Source of the DNA: Phoronis australis
Taxonomy: Eukaryota > Animalia > Phoronida
Assembly: GCA_002633005.1 (NCBI GenBank)
Contig: NMRA01000007.1
Span: forward strand, 177,290 to 241,289
Direction of reading: 5' to 3'
Length of the DNA stretch: 64,000 bases
Under the pieces are notes generated by a model. The model worked only from the letters and a program-made list of their open reading frames with translations. It made no database searches and was not told where the DNA came from. A program made the translations under genes and the position numbers. Every line of letters begins with the position of its first letter. The first letter of the stretch is position 1. Positions 48,501-62,603 of the stretch are shown here, piece by piece.

Positions 48501-50099
48501 TTCATTTTTTTGCTTTTGTGTTAATTAGTTTTAAAATAGCCTCTTTGTACTCGCCAAAGCAGACGTTGACACTTTACATGCAGTTTTGTTTAGTCAGATT
48601 TCTGACATGAAACAAGCTCGTGGCCACGTGAATGCAGATGTCACCACCAATTGTCTTTTCCCTTTAGGCCGTTAGTTCACTCTGAATGCACAAAGTGAAT
48701 ATAGACTGATTGTAACTGTGCAGTAGTAGCAAAGATATTATTAAGTTTATTCTGTATCTTTCGTAGTAGAATTTTCGTCAAACTTTTGTAATAGATGTTT
48801 CTGTGAACCCTATGTGATCCGAACTAGGTGTGTGTGTCCATATGCGAAATGTAACAAAAAATATTGTAACATACTTATAAGCGTTACGTTGACTAAAGTA
48901 GCCGTTGTTACAGTAGATGTTGGCATATTTTCAATTTAAATTAGTTAAATGAACCAAGGAGCGAGTTATTAATATGTATTGATTTCTGACTTAAAACTGG
49001 TCTCAATTTTATCCAAACTCTGACAACAAGTGGTTTCTGGCCTTAGAAACAAGCGGCAGTTCATTATTGCTAGGCGGAATCTGCTTAGTAAGTATTTACA
49101 CACACGGGGCTGCAGGTAGCGGAAATCTTGTGGTACGTATAAACTGACTCGTTGTGACAAAGTGACCTCGAACAACAGCGAGCTGTCATTTATTTCCAAT
49201 TCCAAAAATCACCCACCTCAATTTTAATGTTCCCAGTTTAGATAAGCAAAGAAAAGGTTTAGGGTTCCCGTGATTTACTTTACAATCATTTAGGTGAATT
49301 GGACTAGTAAACATAAATATTCCTTCATCGAACTAGATTTTACATGAGTAACAAGGATAATTTTAAGACCTCGCCCCGCGTCATTGGCGCTTAAAAATTT
49401 TCATGGACTCACCGTGATTGCTAACTCGGACACACGGGGGCATGAACATGACCTGAAATCACGCCAGAGTTTGTCTCTAATAACATCCACTACATTCAGA
49501 TTCTAACGCAGGACAATACAAAGTAGCCGGTGAAAACTATTAGTAACCAAAAAACCGTGCCAAGTGCCGGAATCAAGCAGATCCTAACTATGGATAATGT
49601 GTTTGGTTTCATGTCGCAATTTTCCGTTTAGACGAACTTGGCCCATATGTTTGAGTCCCTTTGGGTCAATTGACCCACACCTACGTTTCTTTAAAATGAT
49701 CCCCGAATAAACATGCAAAAATACAAAAATGCAATATACTATCAGAAAAAGAAGAAAGTATAATGCAAAAAAATTCTTTACACTCTTACATCGTAAACTT
49801 TCTATTTGTGAACTTGATCAATTCTAAATTCTTTCTCCTTTTTTGAGTAAGGAAATGTTGAAACCAATAACGGCAAGCCTTACGAATTAACGGGGAGGCG
49901 GGGGAAATAACAACTGTTAAATGAAAAGTTCAAAAATGGCTAACAAGACACATAAAACATCTAATTTAGAGTCTCTACAAGGAACACGATCTGCGCTTAT
50001 AAGGAGTGAAGCATAGGCGCATTTGCCTAAGGTTAGATACGCCTTAACATTGAGCCTATGTATATTTCTGGGTTCCACTTAAGTAATGAAAAAATTGAG

Positions 50100-50767
50100 T
50101 AAAGATCCTTTTGGAACCAAAGAACCGTACCTTGATGTGGAAAGTGTACTGCAGTTTCGTACATTAATCAGGGACTTGGTTCACCACCAGGTTCGCCCTC
50201 TATCGTTGTAGAATAAAATGATAAAAACAATACCGGGGATTCCCTAATGTCTTGGGAATCCCGTAACAAATCTGAATACACTGCAGGTAGATCTATGTTA
50301 AGACTAGGTCTGTAGATTTGGATATCAGTTGCTTCTCGTACCCTGTGCTTCCACTTCTCTGGGTGTAGATTGAATATACTGAAGTCCTCATCAGAGATCT
50401 GGTGATGTAGATCTTTGGCATGCTCTTGGACAGCAGTAGGCTAATAGGTCGAAGGTTTGGGTTACGATGATCCTTAACCCTGGTCGATAATTGAACATCT
50501 TTCATTGATGGGGGATGGACCGAATAGCGTTAAATGGTTTGCGAAACGACTTGATGTTGTGTTTACGGTAGATGATCTGAATCCTTTCGGAGACGCCTCT
50601 TACGGGATTCCCCCCACATCAGGGAATCCCCGGTAATGTATTATTTTATTCTACAACGACAGAGGGCGAACCCGGTGGTAAATCAAGTCACTCCGTGAAA
50701 TATGGACGAAGCGGCTGTGCACTTTCCACATCAAGGTGCGGTTCTTTGGTTCCAAAAGGGATATTTA
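50100..50767 (-). mobile_element. Truncated Penelope-like retroelement with inverted pseudo-LTRs
   Basis: Arms 50100-50266 and 50600-50767 are inverted copies. The interior reads across frameshifts RGVSERIQIIYRKHNIKSFRKPFNAIRS...LSTRVKDH...TAVQEHAK...KHRVREATDIQIYRPSLNIDLPAVYSDLL (linker and GIY-YIG C-terminus). Confidence 0.8.
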
Positions 50768-51342
50768 CACAATATTTTCACACCTGAACATTGCGTTGAA
50801 AAAGAAGCATTATTTCGAAAACATGTGCTTGAACCAAAACCGCGCGCATGTAGGGTAAGCATTTTTTTAGAGCAACTAGATATTTTCTCAGTTCTATAAA
50901 TTTCCCAAAAGTAATTACTACTGTCGACCATGATCGAACAGGAGTTTGTAGTCTACGTCATTAATTTCGAAGGTCGAAAGTCTCGACGGTAGGTGGTGCG
51001 TCAATTTTCCAACGAGATCTTCGTTGTAAGCTCCAGTCGGACTTGTTCTTCACGGCCCCCATCTTGATCTTGTTGATGAAAGACTCAGCACATTTGGTCA
51101 CTTCCGCCCACGTTGTCCAAAAACTTTTAAGTGATATCATTACACTGTTTTCAATTAGACGTTTTTGGAAATGAATAGACGCGATCCATTTTAATCACTG
51201 AGGAGTTTCTTCACGTGCGGCCATGTGCAGTGTATTTCTATCTCCTCCAATTACTTTGGAAGCGTGTGTCGCGTGCAATGTAGCTGCCTGTTCTGGATTC
51301 CTGACTGTTCGAAAACCTGGAAAACGATAACAACATATACAT

Positions 51343-51500
51343 CATGAGCGGCGCACCATAGGGGGCTGCAGGGGCTATAGCTCCCCCCCCCCAACTTTTT
51401 CCGTGATACGCCGCACATGGTCTATAGGCGGTGCACCACAGGGGGGCTGAGGAGGCTTTAGCCCCCCTCGACCACATTTTTCAGTGCTGCGCCGCCCATG
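51343..51500. mobile_element. GC-rich MITE
   Basis: CATGAGCGGCGCAC ... GTGCTGCGCCGCCCATG termini with internal GGGGGCT...AGCCCCCC hairpins. Confidence 0.6.
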
Positions 51501-52596
51501 TAACATGTACATACCTACCACAGTAATGAACGCAGAATGCGCCCAGCACAGTAAGTGTTGGAGGTTATCGCTGGGCATCGCAAATTGGAATTACAACAGT
51601 TTTTACGTCATCCAAAATGAAAATTGCAACTGAATTTTATGTCGAAACTTGAAATATATGCAAGATAAAAGAACGAGAAATATCTATAATACTTACACCA
51701 ATTAATAGATCGGCTAATAAAACATGACCGATTCATGTAACAAATTCATAAACACCACCTTTCTATCAAAACAGTCGAAAATATCACAGCACTGGAAAAT
51801 AACTGTGGAAACTGTTCTGATTCGCAGAACGTGCGTAGGAATTTTCGTCGGTAAATCTTTGCTGAACATTTATAGTTTTTAGAGCAGTAAAACTGCTTTT
51901 TCAGGAACGACACTTTGGTTCGATGCTTTTAGGTAACCCAAATGAACAAGTCGAATCAAATTTGCCGTCGTGCTCGCGTATTTACCCACCAGAAGACTGC
52001 ACACTAACCGTGAAATACGGTTTCCACCAGTGTATACGGATTGGCTCTAGGTTCCCGTATTTCACGACTTAATTATTTCACGGCGTATTGAACGGCCGCG
52101 CAAAAATAATACCCCGGGCAAAATAGATTACGATAAATACAGATACTGCACGTTAGGCTCTGCCTACTTGCGAACAGTAGGCTGGCCATGAAAGATTTCT
52201 GTGGTTCAGGAAAACTTTACCAGCCATCCACACAAGATCAGGAATACCAACAACTTTCATTTCTTTCAATATTTTTGGGAAAAGTTACTTATTTCTCGCC
52301 TTATTCCTTCAAAACTCCAAGGACGGTTACATTTTAAGAATCTTAAACAAAAAATGCAAACCTGTCACGAAATAGCCTGTGAAAAACAAGGGAAATGTCA
52401 ACTGTTTTGTTTACATCCTCACCGGCAAACACAACATATCCGCTGATATTGACCCGGGTGCAGTACCAGGGCCCACAACCATTAAACTTAAGTCGAGACT
52501 CAACTTGAAAATTAACGAAGACAAGCGATTTGTCAAATTTCAAGTGGAGTCTTAAATAAAGTTTCTTTGTCGCGGGCCCTGATCGCGTTATACATA

Positions 52597-52681
52597 CCGT
52601 AATCGTTCGGTTAACCGCCCTCCCCCGATTTTTTGGATTCGCCAATTTAACCGCCCAGGGCGTTAACCCGAACGATTACGG
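52597..52681. mobile_element. 85-bp MITE with TA target duplication
   Basis: TA|CCGTAATCGTTCGGTTAAC ... GTTAACCCGAACGATTACGG|TA. Confidence 0.75.
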
Positions 52682-52781
52682 TAGTTTGACCAAAACGACT
52701 ACCTCACCGTGGCATTGTAGGTAACGCAACAGTTGGTCATGTTTTTATGAACAGGGCATCAAAACACTAATTGTTTACCTT

Positions 52782-53989
52782 TTTAAGTTCCATAATTATT
52801 GTTTAATTATGTATGTGTGTATGTTTTGTGATTAGTAAAACGAAGTACAAAACGTAAAATAAACAGAAATAAGCATACTGAAGTCATTCAAACTCAGTCA
52901 AGACTATCTCTTATGAATGTCTGGTAACCTTCATTACTTGCTTTGGTAAACCATGTCCATCCGTTTTCTGTTCTCGGCCATAACTGAAAGTCTCTATTGC
53001 TGAACACGACATGGAAACTAAAATTCTTAAGTCAATTTGCATCGTTTACGGAATATTTTCAAACTCACCTTTTGTGTTGATTCTTCTTTTCCNAATCGAA
53101 GCCTTAGTGAATCACTCAGAAACTCGCAATACTCTCTTTATCAAACCTTATGTTAAGACGATTTCCAAATCAATCCCGTCATAATTGCCAACACGAAAAA
53201 CGGATTTGGTCTTTTGGGCATTTTAAGACTATTTTAAATACGACAAATTTGTTAAGAATCGATGGCACAAAACGTGTAATAAGCATTACAAAAAGAAGTA
53301 GGTTTCGCGCGCAAACGCTGTGGACCATAAACAAGTAGGTCTCTTAGTATGAGTAGTAGTTAAATCGTAGTGGTGTAGTGGTAACGCACTCGCGCTCTAT
53401 GCGCAAGGTCGTGAGTTCGAGTCTTTGGTACTTGCAGTTTTTCCTGTTTGACACGTTCTCCGTGTTTCTTCTTTTCTTGGATAATACTTCAGGAATCAGG
53501 AAAATACTTGATTTTAAGAGGTAAAAACAGAAAAATTTCCTGGGAGTTTGCCCCCTTCCCGACCTCCCCCCATTCGGTGCTATATGCGCATCTACAATCG
53601 TGGTTCAGTTTGCGCAAATGTTTACAGTCGGACAAAATGTTGGCCCCCCCCCCTTGTGATATCCTAGATCCGCCACTGTTTAAGTTCCATAATTATTGTT
53701 TAATTATGTATGTGTGTATGTTTTGTGATTAGTAAAACGAAGTAGAAAACGTAAAATAAACAGAAATAAGCATACTGAAGTCATTCAAACTCAGTCAAGA
53801 CTTTCTCTTATGAATGTCTGGTAACCTTCATTACTTGCTTTGGTAAGCCATGTCCATCCGTATTCTGTTCTCGGCCATAACTGAAAGTCTCTATTGCTGA
53901 ACACGACATGGAAACTAAAATTCTTAAGTCAATTTGCATCGTTTACAGAATATTTTCAAACTCACCTTTTGTGTTGATTCTTCTTTTCC
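52782..53989 (+). repeat. ~310-bp near-identical duplication across an N gap, second copy preceded by a transposon end
   Basis: 52782-53092 matches 53679-53989; N at 53093. Confidence 0.85.
53277..53678 (+). mobile_element. Repeat with tRNA-derived A/B-box segment and GATCCGCCACTG terminus
   Basis: Aligns with 62871-63272; contains TGGTGTAGTGGTA and GAGTTCGAGTC. Confidence 0.7.
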
Positions 53990-56622
53990 ATTTTCTGTTC
54001 CTTTTTTATTTTCAGAATTGCCAACCCTGTCAAATGATAGTAAAAACGTCACATGAGGTGGTGGCCACATGAGGTGGCGGTCATGTCATGCATGCTTCAC
54101 CCCATTAAGACATGTTACATCATTCTTCAACTATTGAACATATCTCCTTGGTGCCTTAACCATAAATTCTATTCAACAGGGAACCATAATAATTTAAAGT
54201 GGTCACATGTATGGTACGTTTGTCACGACACTAACAGTCCAACTGAGAAACGGTGGATGTAGTTAGTTACATTTCTCAAGGTATGCCAGTTTCGGGACAG
54301 TATTGGTTTTACGCCCAAAAACGTATTTTGGGATTATTGTTGAATTAGACCATAGATTATAGACAACAAATTCGCAACTCCGACATTTTCCTGCGTATTA
54401 TCCTAGGGCAGGCGCCACTCTCCTAAGTTATCTGTTTCAGTTTCCGGTTAGTGTATTGTGACGACACAACAGGCATGCGTTCAGTAGACGCCAGGACCTA
54501 GGCTAGGACCTAGCTAAAACCAAGTCAAAGTCACGTGTTCTTATTTAAAATTCACGGCAATATCTCACGCAATCTCGCGAAGTCTTGTTTTTCAGCGAGG
54601 TCCTAGCGTTACTGAACGGGAGGCAGGCGACCATGATTAGCAGACGACGTACTTGTTGGAAATAAAACCAGATCATTTGGTCAGGTGTCGCTTGTGAATA
54701 ATGACGTCATTGCTTCTGTGAGAGCACAGATTTCGTCCATTGAAAGTAAACGGAGTTGGCGGTCCATGTACTTATAGTCTATGATTAGGCTGACTTATTG
54801 ACGATTGCCTATAACCAGAGCTTTAAATAAACAAAGCACGTTGTTTTTGTGATTTTATTACAAATTGTCAATTTTCGACATTGTCTTCCAGACATTCCAT
54901 GTAATCAAGCCGGGTGACTTTACCAGTTGAATACGCTTATATATTTTGCCGGTCGTTGAGTGGAATTTAACTGCGCCAGCAGAGCATTAAACTGAGACGG
55001 CGGTGGTGCAGGTTCGATTTAATACGCGCTCAGGTCAATACCGGAAATCGTTTTTCTGGCGGATAATGTCCCTTTAAAGATGCGTTACATCGAAACTTTC
55101 TATCAAAAGTTTATGATTTAGGCTGCTCTATGTTACGAAATTAGTAATAGTCAACACCAGAATGATTTCTAGCACTGCCCTATTTATTCAGACCAAGCTC
55201 ATGAAATTTCGGGTCTCACTTCCAAACTGAGAAAGCAATAAGACAAGATCAGTTCTAAAACGATAAGTGGACTAAATTAAAACTGTTTTTGACAGAAAGT
55301 GAGTTTTAAACATTTGAATAATCAAGCACTGTTTCTCTAACTTTTTTTAACTTGCCAAGAACAACATGACAAGATTCCGGGACGCCGTTTTTTTGGAAAG
55401 CTGAATTCAGCAATTGTCCAAAGACTTCCTAAGCTCACGAACTCTGTTTAATCGCAATTGACATTCTCCAATTGTGCGAACACAACATTCTCTTGTCAGT
55501 TTCAATTCAACGTATTAAATAATTGACAAATACCAATAATCATTATCACATGTGGTTTTGTTCATTTAAATACCGGCTGCAGTTCCTGACGCTACGCCAA
55601 TTATGAAACGCTTCTGAAAAGCAATGAAATTTCTTCGCGCGTTCAGAGGTGACTCGGTGCGTGATTTGCTTCATTTGGAGCGCAGTATGGGAATACGAAA
55701 GCCAATTAGATTACGAAACTCGCCAAAATTGTTCATCACTACAGTTAATTAGGAAGCAGGGTTGTATTATTTACCATTATTGAACGTTCTACAACTTTTT
55801 GACACGTCAATAGACATCATAACAACTGTTGTACTGAACGAAATGCTGGAAAATAATGGTTGTTGCCAGGGTGAAGGGATTGCTGAAGGAGGGCATTGCT
55901 CAAGGCAACGATAATGCGCCATGCAGTTCGTAATTTGTGTCTCTGTGACATATGCTTTTATGAAACGCCGCTATCAAACCATGTCTCCATGCATCAAAAA
56001 CGAATTTCTTCCCAGTCAGATACTTGCTCTTCCGAAGCATTCTTATTCCAAGTTTTAAAGTGGCATTAAACCCGTGTTTTCTCTTTTGACTTAGGACATT
56101 TGTCGTTAAATATGGCTTTATCTTGTTCCTTACACAGTTTAGAAGTGATCGCCAAGTGACATCACATTTTATGACCTTGGTAGGAAGAAATAATCAACTG
56201 TCATTTTCCTAAGCACAGAAATCCCACTTATTTTGACTAAGGAAAAAGCTTGAGACCAATTTCTCAAGCCAAATCAAAGCTTGTTGTTTCAACGAAATAA
56301 CGGGTATAATGACACTTTAGATGAACTTAGTTACAATAAATTGTCTGTAATTCCCCTGACGGCCTTACTTCATCAGCTGCTGAGACTGACCCGCCGTGAC
56401 AAGCTGATAATAAGCTCAGCCTGAGGCAACAACAAACTGTTAACTCATCTCAAACCCGCTGGGGCAATCCCGAATTACACTGAGACATTCGAATCTCGCT
56501 GTAACCATACCTCAGGCACATTTGCTGCCTCGCCGTTCGTGCCACTGGAGTTTCGTATGTTATTTGTTGTTGTCTGATTTTTACAAGCTTATCTCTGTTG
56601 CATTTCTCTATTCACCCTTCTT

Positions 56623-56730
56623 ATGCCAACTAACAGCTGTGCTGTGGGCGGCAACTCCGACGTGAGAAGGCTTGATAAACTGGATAGATTCCCGTAGATG
56701 CGTGATCTAAAATTCTTCACCTTCCCGACA
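56623..56730 (+). mobile_element. THAP-domain N-terminal remnant
   Basis: MPTNSCAVGG...*MRDLKFFTFP. Confidence 0.4.
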
Positions 56731-59074
56731 TGAGTGAGACAGGAAAATGTGCCTGATTTCCAAAACTAGGTCACGCGTTTTCTTATCTCCGGGACATATG
56801 AGAGTTCTATCGCCGTGTAATCCGGGACAGCCCTAAGGCACACAGATTGAGACTAATTTTATAATACAAAAGTGGCCTGAAACAAAGGCTGTATTTCTGA
56901 ATGCAGAGACTGCTGGCGTAAAGTTTATAGTAATGGCGACATACCTATGACCTTCAAACATTCACTCTGAGTAAGATGTTTTGATTGGCACAATAACCTT
57001 CCGTATTTTACCAACACTTTCAGCTGCCTTGGCACTGAAACACAGTTATAATGCATTAAAGCAAGACACAAGCCCACAAAAATGATTCCAAATAGCGGAT
57101 ACCGAAAATTGCATAAACCGGCGTTGTCGAAAGTTTCCAAGGAGGTAGGATTTTCAAATGACGACAAAGGCCTGCCCATAATTAATGGAAAAAAATAAAA
57201 ACACTATAATTGATACACACATTTTGTTGACGCTGTTCGACTCTTCAAATCTATATGTCCTTTAAAACAAGACAAATAGCTAGTCACGTACTGAAATAAC
57301 GTTGTGAATACCGTCGGCAAACATAGTATTCTCCTTTAAACCCCATGTCTACTCCCATCGACGAAGAACGAAGCAATTTTAAGGTTATTAAAGTGCAAAA
57401 GCGTCAACACTGACTATGAGTATTTATTTTTCAGCTTTGATATTTCTAAGACCAACGCGACTGCTATTATTCGTAATTCTAATCACAAACGTCTCATGCC
57501 GCTTCAAGCATACGTATTACACGTAATTAGGAGCGCCCCCATGAGACTTGATGAAGAAACAATTCACGTCATACATAAAAATGCATTCCGTTAAAAAATC
57601 TATACACCATAAAATTGCTTTATGATGTTCATTTTATCACGTGGAAGTCTATTGTAGTGTAAATGATCTTGTAACTAAATAATGCCATTCTGACTTTCAA
57701 TATTTGAGGTGGTATTTTTTGAAGTCTTTGAATTTTTATTAAGTTGAAACACCAGCATTTAAAACGCACTTATCCAAACGTGAAAATCATTAATACGATT
57801 AGGTTAAAAGCAGCAGTAGAGAACCTACCTATTACTCCGAGACATTCATTTTGATTAACGAGCTTTAATTCGCAAAGAACTTTTTCGTACTTTTCCAGAG
57901 GTTTTCGTGGCTTTGCTGAAATAGAAATATTATAAATTGTGCATTACAAAAAAGAGGGTGAAAGGAACTGGAGTGAGCCCGACAACGCCAAGACACTTGT
58001 GGCAACTAAATTTGGTACCGTCATGCAACAGATACGTGACCAGCCCGGGTTATGTACTTTTTACCCATGAATCAACACTTGTCTTTTTATATTGGCGCTC
58101 TTTAGAGAAATGAGAGCACTAAAGTGACTTCCGATTGATCCCGACTCAGATTTGGTGGACAGTATAGAAATTAACTAATACATAGCGGTTCATTAATTTA
58201 AAAACAGAGGAATAAATCCCAAAGTCAATCCCTCACATCGCTTGTTTAGCACTAATTTATTTTAGATTTTTGACACTGGCTGCGATCGAAATTCTGCCGT
58301 TTTATTACCCACAGCCACCTGTCTTTGTCGGGGATTCTTCTTTGGAGTGGGAAACGTGGAACATGATGTCCTTGTTCATCCATTGATATGAAAAGAGGTT
58401 TGCCTTTTTAGTAAGCCATTAGTACATCTCATCACACAGCAGTGTAAATTTGCCCGCATTATAATACTAGGAAAGGTGGGGTTAAAACAACGCTGTTTAC
58501 CATTGGTTTGAAACGTCTTGTCTGCATTACATGAAATATGTAGATGGCGCTGAACGCCTGTCTACTAAAGACCTGGGTAGAGTTCAGCAGGCCTAAACGT
58601 AGGACCTACGCTAGGACCTCGCTAAAATCTAGACAAAGTCAAGTGTTTTCGTTTGAAATACGCAGCAATATCTCACGTAATCTCGCGAAGTCTTGCTCAC
58701 GGTCTGAACTCACGGCTGACCGACGTCGTCTGGCGGGATAGTGAATTTCATGGCGCAGCTATTTCAGAAGTCGACCGTTAGTGGGCAGGTGAGCTTACTT
58801 GCAAACCTCTAGCAAGGTATAGGACTGTGTTCCGCAGATTGAAGACACGGGATCGTGAGAGCACTAGAGAAGAGAAATCTTCGCTTATGGAACGGAAAGA
58901 ATGAATTCATAATAGCCCGTCCCCAATTACACAGCGACAGACTCTCTCCGTTGTTTCAAGTTCATTGAATGTCAGATATATTTTCACAGGTCATATCGGA
59001 AACCACCGAGGTGTATTGCCGTGGAAATATTCCCGATTTCACCTGTTTAAAAGTACCAGAATTGAAAGGTATCT

Positions 59075-59290
59075 TCAAAAAAATGTGATGCTGGTTCGAT
59101 TCAAAAGTAACCCAACGAACTTGCTTTACGCACGCGCTCCACATTTTCTTGTCTTTGATAGATTTCGGGAAGGCGACGAACTTAACAATCTTCATAGGCA
59201 CGCATCCACGGTACTTTGTCAAGTTTATAAAGCTTTCACCACTCGGAGATACAGCCCATAATACTGCGTTGTCGTTGAAAGGACGAATAG
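59075..59290 (-). mobile_element. THAP-domain remnant
   Basis: KFVAFPKSIKDKKMWSACVKQVRWVTFESNQHH resembles the F..FP......W...V.R..F.P..H core of THAP. Confidence 0.45.
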
Positions 59291-61427
59291 AGTAATGTAG
59301 CCGAGAAAAACTTGCAAGGCCATACGAAAACCACAAAGAACATATGGAACTCCAATGGCGCAAAAACTCCAGGCGGCATTCTTTGTAAATACAGCGGGAT
59401 TCGAATGCAGCTGTGCCGTGTAATCCAGGACGGCCCTATTCATTCCAACCTAAAAGATCAGTCACTGTAATGGCCAACATTTTGCTAGTGTACCTAATCG
59501 CGAAAAACTAGCCTTTCACTCGCGTAGTTTTGTGGAATTCCAAGACTATTAGCACCAAACATTTTAACAACTCGACTCCTTGGCTCATAGTATACGCGTT
59601 AATCGCGTCAATTCATACCAGGTCGCGGATTCCGGTAAGGAACTAATTATGATACGTGACCCTTTCAATTATGCGTGAATTTGATTCAGAACCTGAGAGT
59701 AGAAGTGGAGTCCGTTACTGTTGATGTTTAGCTGGCATATGTTAGTGGGTAATAAACAATGAAATGAAAATTGGCCCCATTAGAAGAATTCAATGACACA
59801 GTGACCTGTTGGTGATGTGTTGAGAGGAAAGTTTCAGAGATAAAACAACTACATGGTCTAAAACTGCTTTCGGCATTTCCTCTAGTCATTTTGGCATTTT
59901 AGACACTTGCTGCTCACTTTTCCCAAATTTCTTGTAAATATGTGCATGTATTTGAATTTGAATACAGGCACAGCGTCGCCGTACGCCTATTTACGCAAAT
60001 CATTCCGCTGATGATATATTAAACGCATACACAGAGGCATCCAAAACCCAGACGCGAGAATTGAACTTTAATTAAATTTGATGACGTGAAATAAGCATTC
60101 ACCAAAACGGACATTCTCATATAATTGATCACGTTATAGTTAAGTTTGGCCACTGACGAAAAAATGAAATGCGGTATGCGTAAATCATGGTGAAAATTGC
60201 GCTTCCTCTTTTATTTTCGCAATTTGTATAGTGTAATGGAATTACTGTTTTTGTGTTATTCACTTATACTTACCAGTGCTTGAACGCAGTTATTTACACA
60301 CGCGTTCTTTATGTGAATGGTACTGGAGCTTCATTCATTTCTCTACTGCTATTTCGCAATGATATCGAGTTACGAAGAGACATTCTCAAATGACAATGAG
60401 CTTATTGGATTTTTAATGCATATCCGGTATCAAAGGTGTTTCGTGTGCACTTATTAATTCGAGCTGATGATCTCATTGTCTCTGCGCAGGGCTGTTCTCC
60501 ACGACTGGTGACAATAAATTATTGCTACATTTTAACTGTTGTTCTGATTTATTATTTCAAGTGAGAAAATTACATGAAAAAGAATAATGTTCTCTCCTCC
60601 TAAATTGGAGAGGTAGCATGTAGGCCTGGCGATCCACTTGCCTTCAGATCTGAGGCGTGTTTTAAAATCAGTTGAAATTGGTTTATTTATTCATTTAAAA
60701 AGAGATTTCCTTTCAATTTGTCCTCAACGACAAAATCATGGAATAAGCTGAGTAAGTCCGAAAACTGGTCTCAAAATTGTCCTTGCCACGATACCATTGA
60801 TTTCTACCTTATACAAAAATTGAGAGATCGTCTGCTATTGACAAAGGCGGCTCAGTTTTATGCTTTCCAATCCTGTCGAAACTGACCTGTCAGTGCGGAC
60901 AAAGATGGGCTCTGGCAAGGCTTGATACGTGTTTTGTGTGGTTTGGAGTGACCTGCTCTGTTAAGAAAGAGCTACCCCTTTAAGGCGTAGAATCAAGGTT
61001 AAGCATCCTTAAATTATGATTTGAAAAGTTAAATACGTGATAGACAAACTTCAAACGAACAATGAACTAGATAGAGGGTTATTTACCTTATTGATCAGAC
61101 CAACGCGATGGCTCACCAGCAACGCGTTCTATGAATTTAATAATTAGACCGCTTGCTCGTTTGCAAAAGTGGTCGTCAGTGCACGTGAAAAATCAGCATG
61201 AGGTATATTACAAACCTCTGTGAATTCACGCCGTGCAGAAACAGGCCCGCGTCCCGTAGAGGCGAGAACCTCGCGAAAACGCAAGACCACCAAGACTTCG
61301 GTAGATATTGTCAGAGACGGTGGCCATCCCGTTGGTCCTCCACGCCGGAAGCTTTTCGGCGAATTATGCCTCACACTGATTAAACCATCAGTCATGTTGA
61401 TTTAAGTACATTTTGCTCAGGAGGCCG

Positions 61428-62175
61428 TTTTTTTGTTTTTTTTTTTTAAGTTTATTACGAAATCTTCAGAATACAATGAATATACATAACCCAGAAAGCG
61501 CCAAGAGGCATTAGATCTGGGTAAAAAAATACAAAGAAGTCTATATACAATTATTATATACGAATACATAAATAAAAAAATGATGTTAAGAATACAATGA
61601 TATATGACAACGAATGAAAATAATTCATTTTCATACAGATGTATAAAATTCTATCCACTCACACAAAGAGATTTAATGTTATAAAGAAATTCTGATACTA
61701 TTTCAAATAAAACCTTATTTTCGTTTGAGTTAAGTTCTTGACAGCCATATAGAAAAAAATTAATTTTGTTGTACAATTGCGGAATTTCAGAATATTTTTT
61801 GAAAACTTTGGGGTATTGTTCGAGTGCCTGGAAGAGCTGTACCCTCTCCTCCTTGCATACCTCACAAGCAAAAAAAACATGAGGATATGTCTGGGTATCT
61901 CCACAGGAACACAGAGGCGAAATATTATTAAAATTATGTCTAAATTTCTCGTTGTTTAGGAATAGACCGCATCTTGATCTGTATAGGGTTATTTTATGGT
62001 TGCGGGGAAGTTGGAATGATGTCGATGGGACTGGCAAGTCTGGAGTAGTGGTATGCATTTTAAAGTTATTTTTGAGAGTGACGATTGACGTCTTTAATTC
62101 TTCACAGCTCGAACAAATACTACCACGATCAAACCCTTTTGTAACTGAATCCCTTCTAAATCGGCAACTGGGCAT
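61428..62175 (-). mobile_element. 5'-truncated non-LTR retrotransposon (LINE): ORF2 C-terminus, 3'UTR and poly(A)
   Basis: Open frame 61651-62175 with RSRCG.FLN...SPLCSCGDTQTYPHVFFAC zinc knuckle and FLYG...L...EN..LF..V..F tail; stem-loop ACCCAGA...TCTGGGT at 61489-61522; T-run at 61428-61447. Confidence 0.85.
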
Positions 62176-62603
62176 TTTTACACTGCTCTCGGTGGGGATA
62201 TGACGTCATAAGAGTTCGAGATCGAACGAATTCAACAACGACCTCCTGAGGTGTTTCTATATGCGTAAAAGGTACATCTCAATATAGAAATTGACTTCGA
62301 TGGTTTAATCAGTGTGAGGCATAATTCGCCGAAGGCTTCTAGTGTACGAACGACTTATGGGTGGCTACTGTCGCTGCTGGGGCAAGTTGAGACGGTGATA
62401 CTGTCTGGTGATACTAGCTTTATTCACGAGATTCTACGTGCGTTCCGTAGAGGCGAGAACCTCGCAAGACATCTCAAGGTATCCCCATAAAGCACGTGAT
62501 CCTAGTAGCTTCCTTCGAAAGATTATTGTGAGTATGTGACACACCATCATGACGCCAAGGAAAGTGGGATAAAAAACACATCTTGCTCCTCATCTCGCAA
62601 AAG

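Noticed and set aside
53360-53430. tRNA gene
   Set aside because: A and B boxes are present but there is no acceptor stem or canonical 7-nt anticodon loop; it is part of a dispersed repeat.
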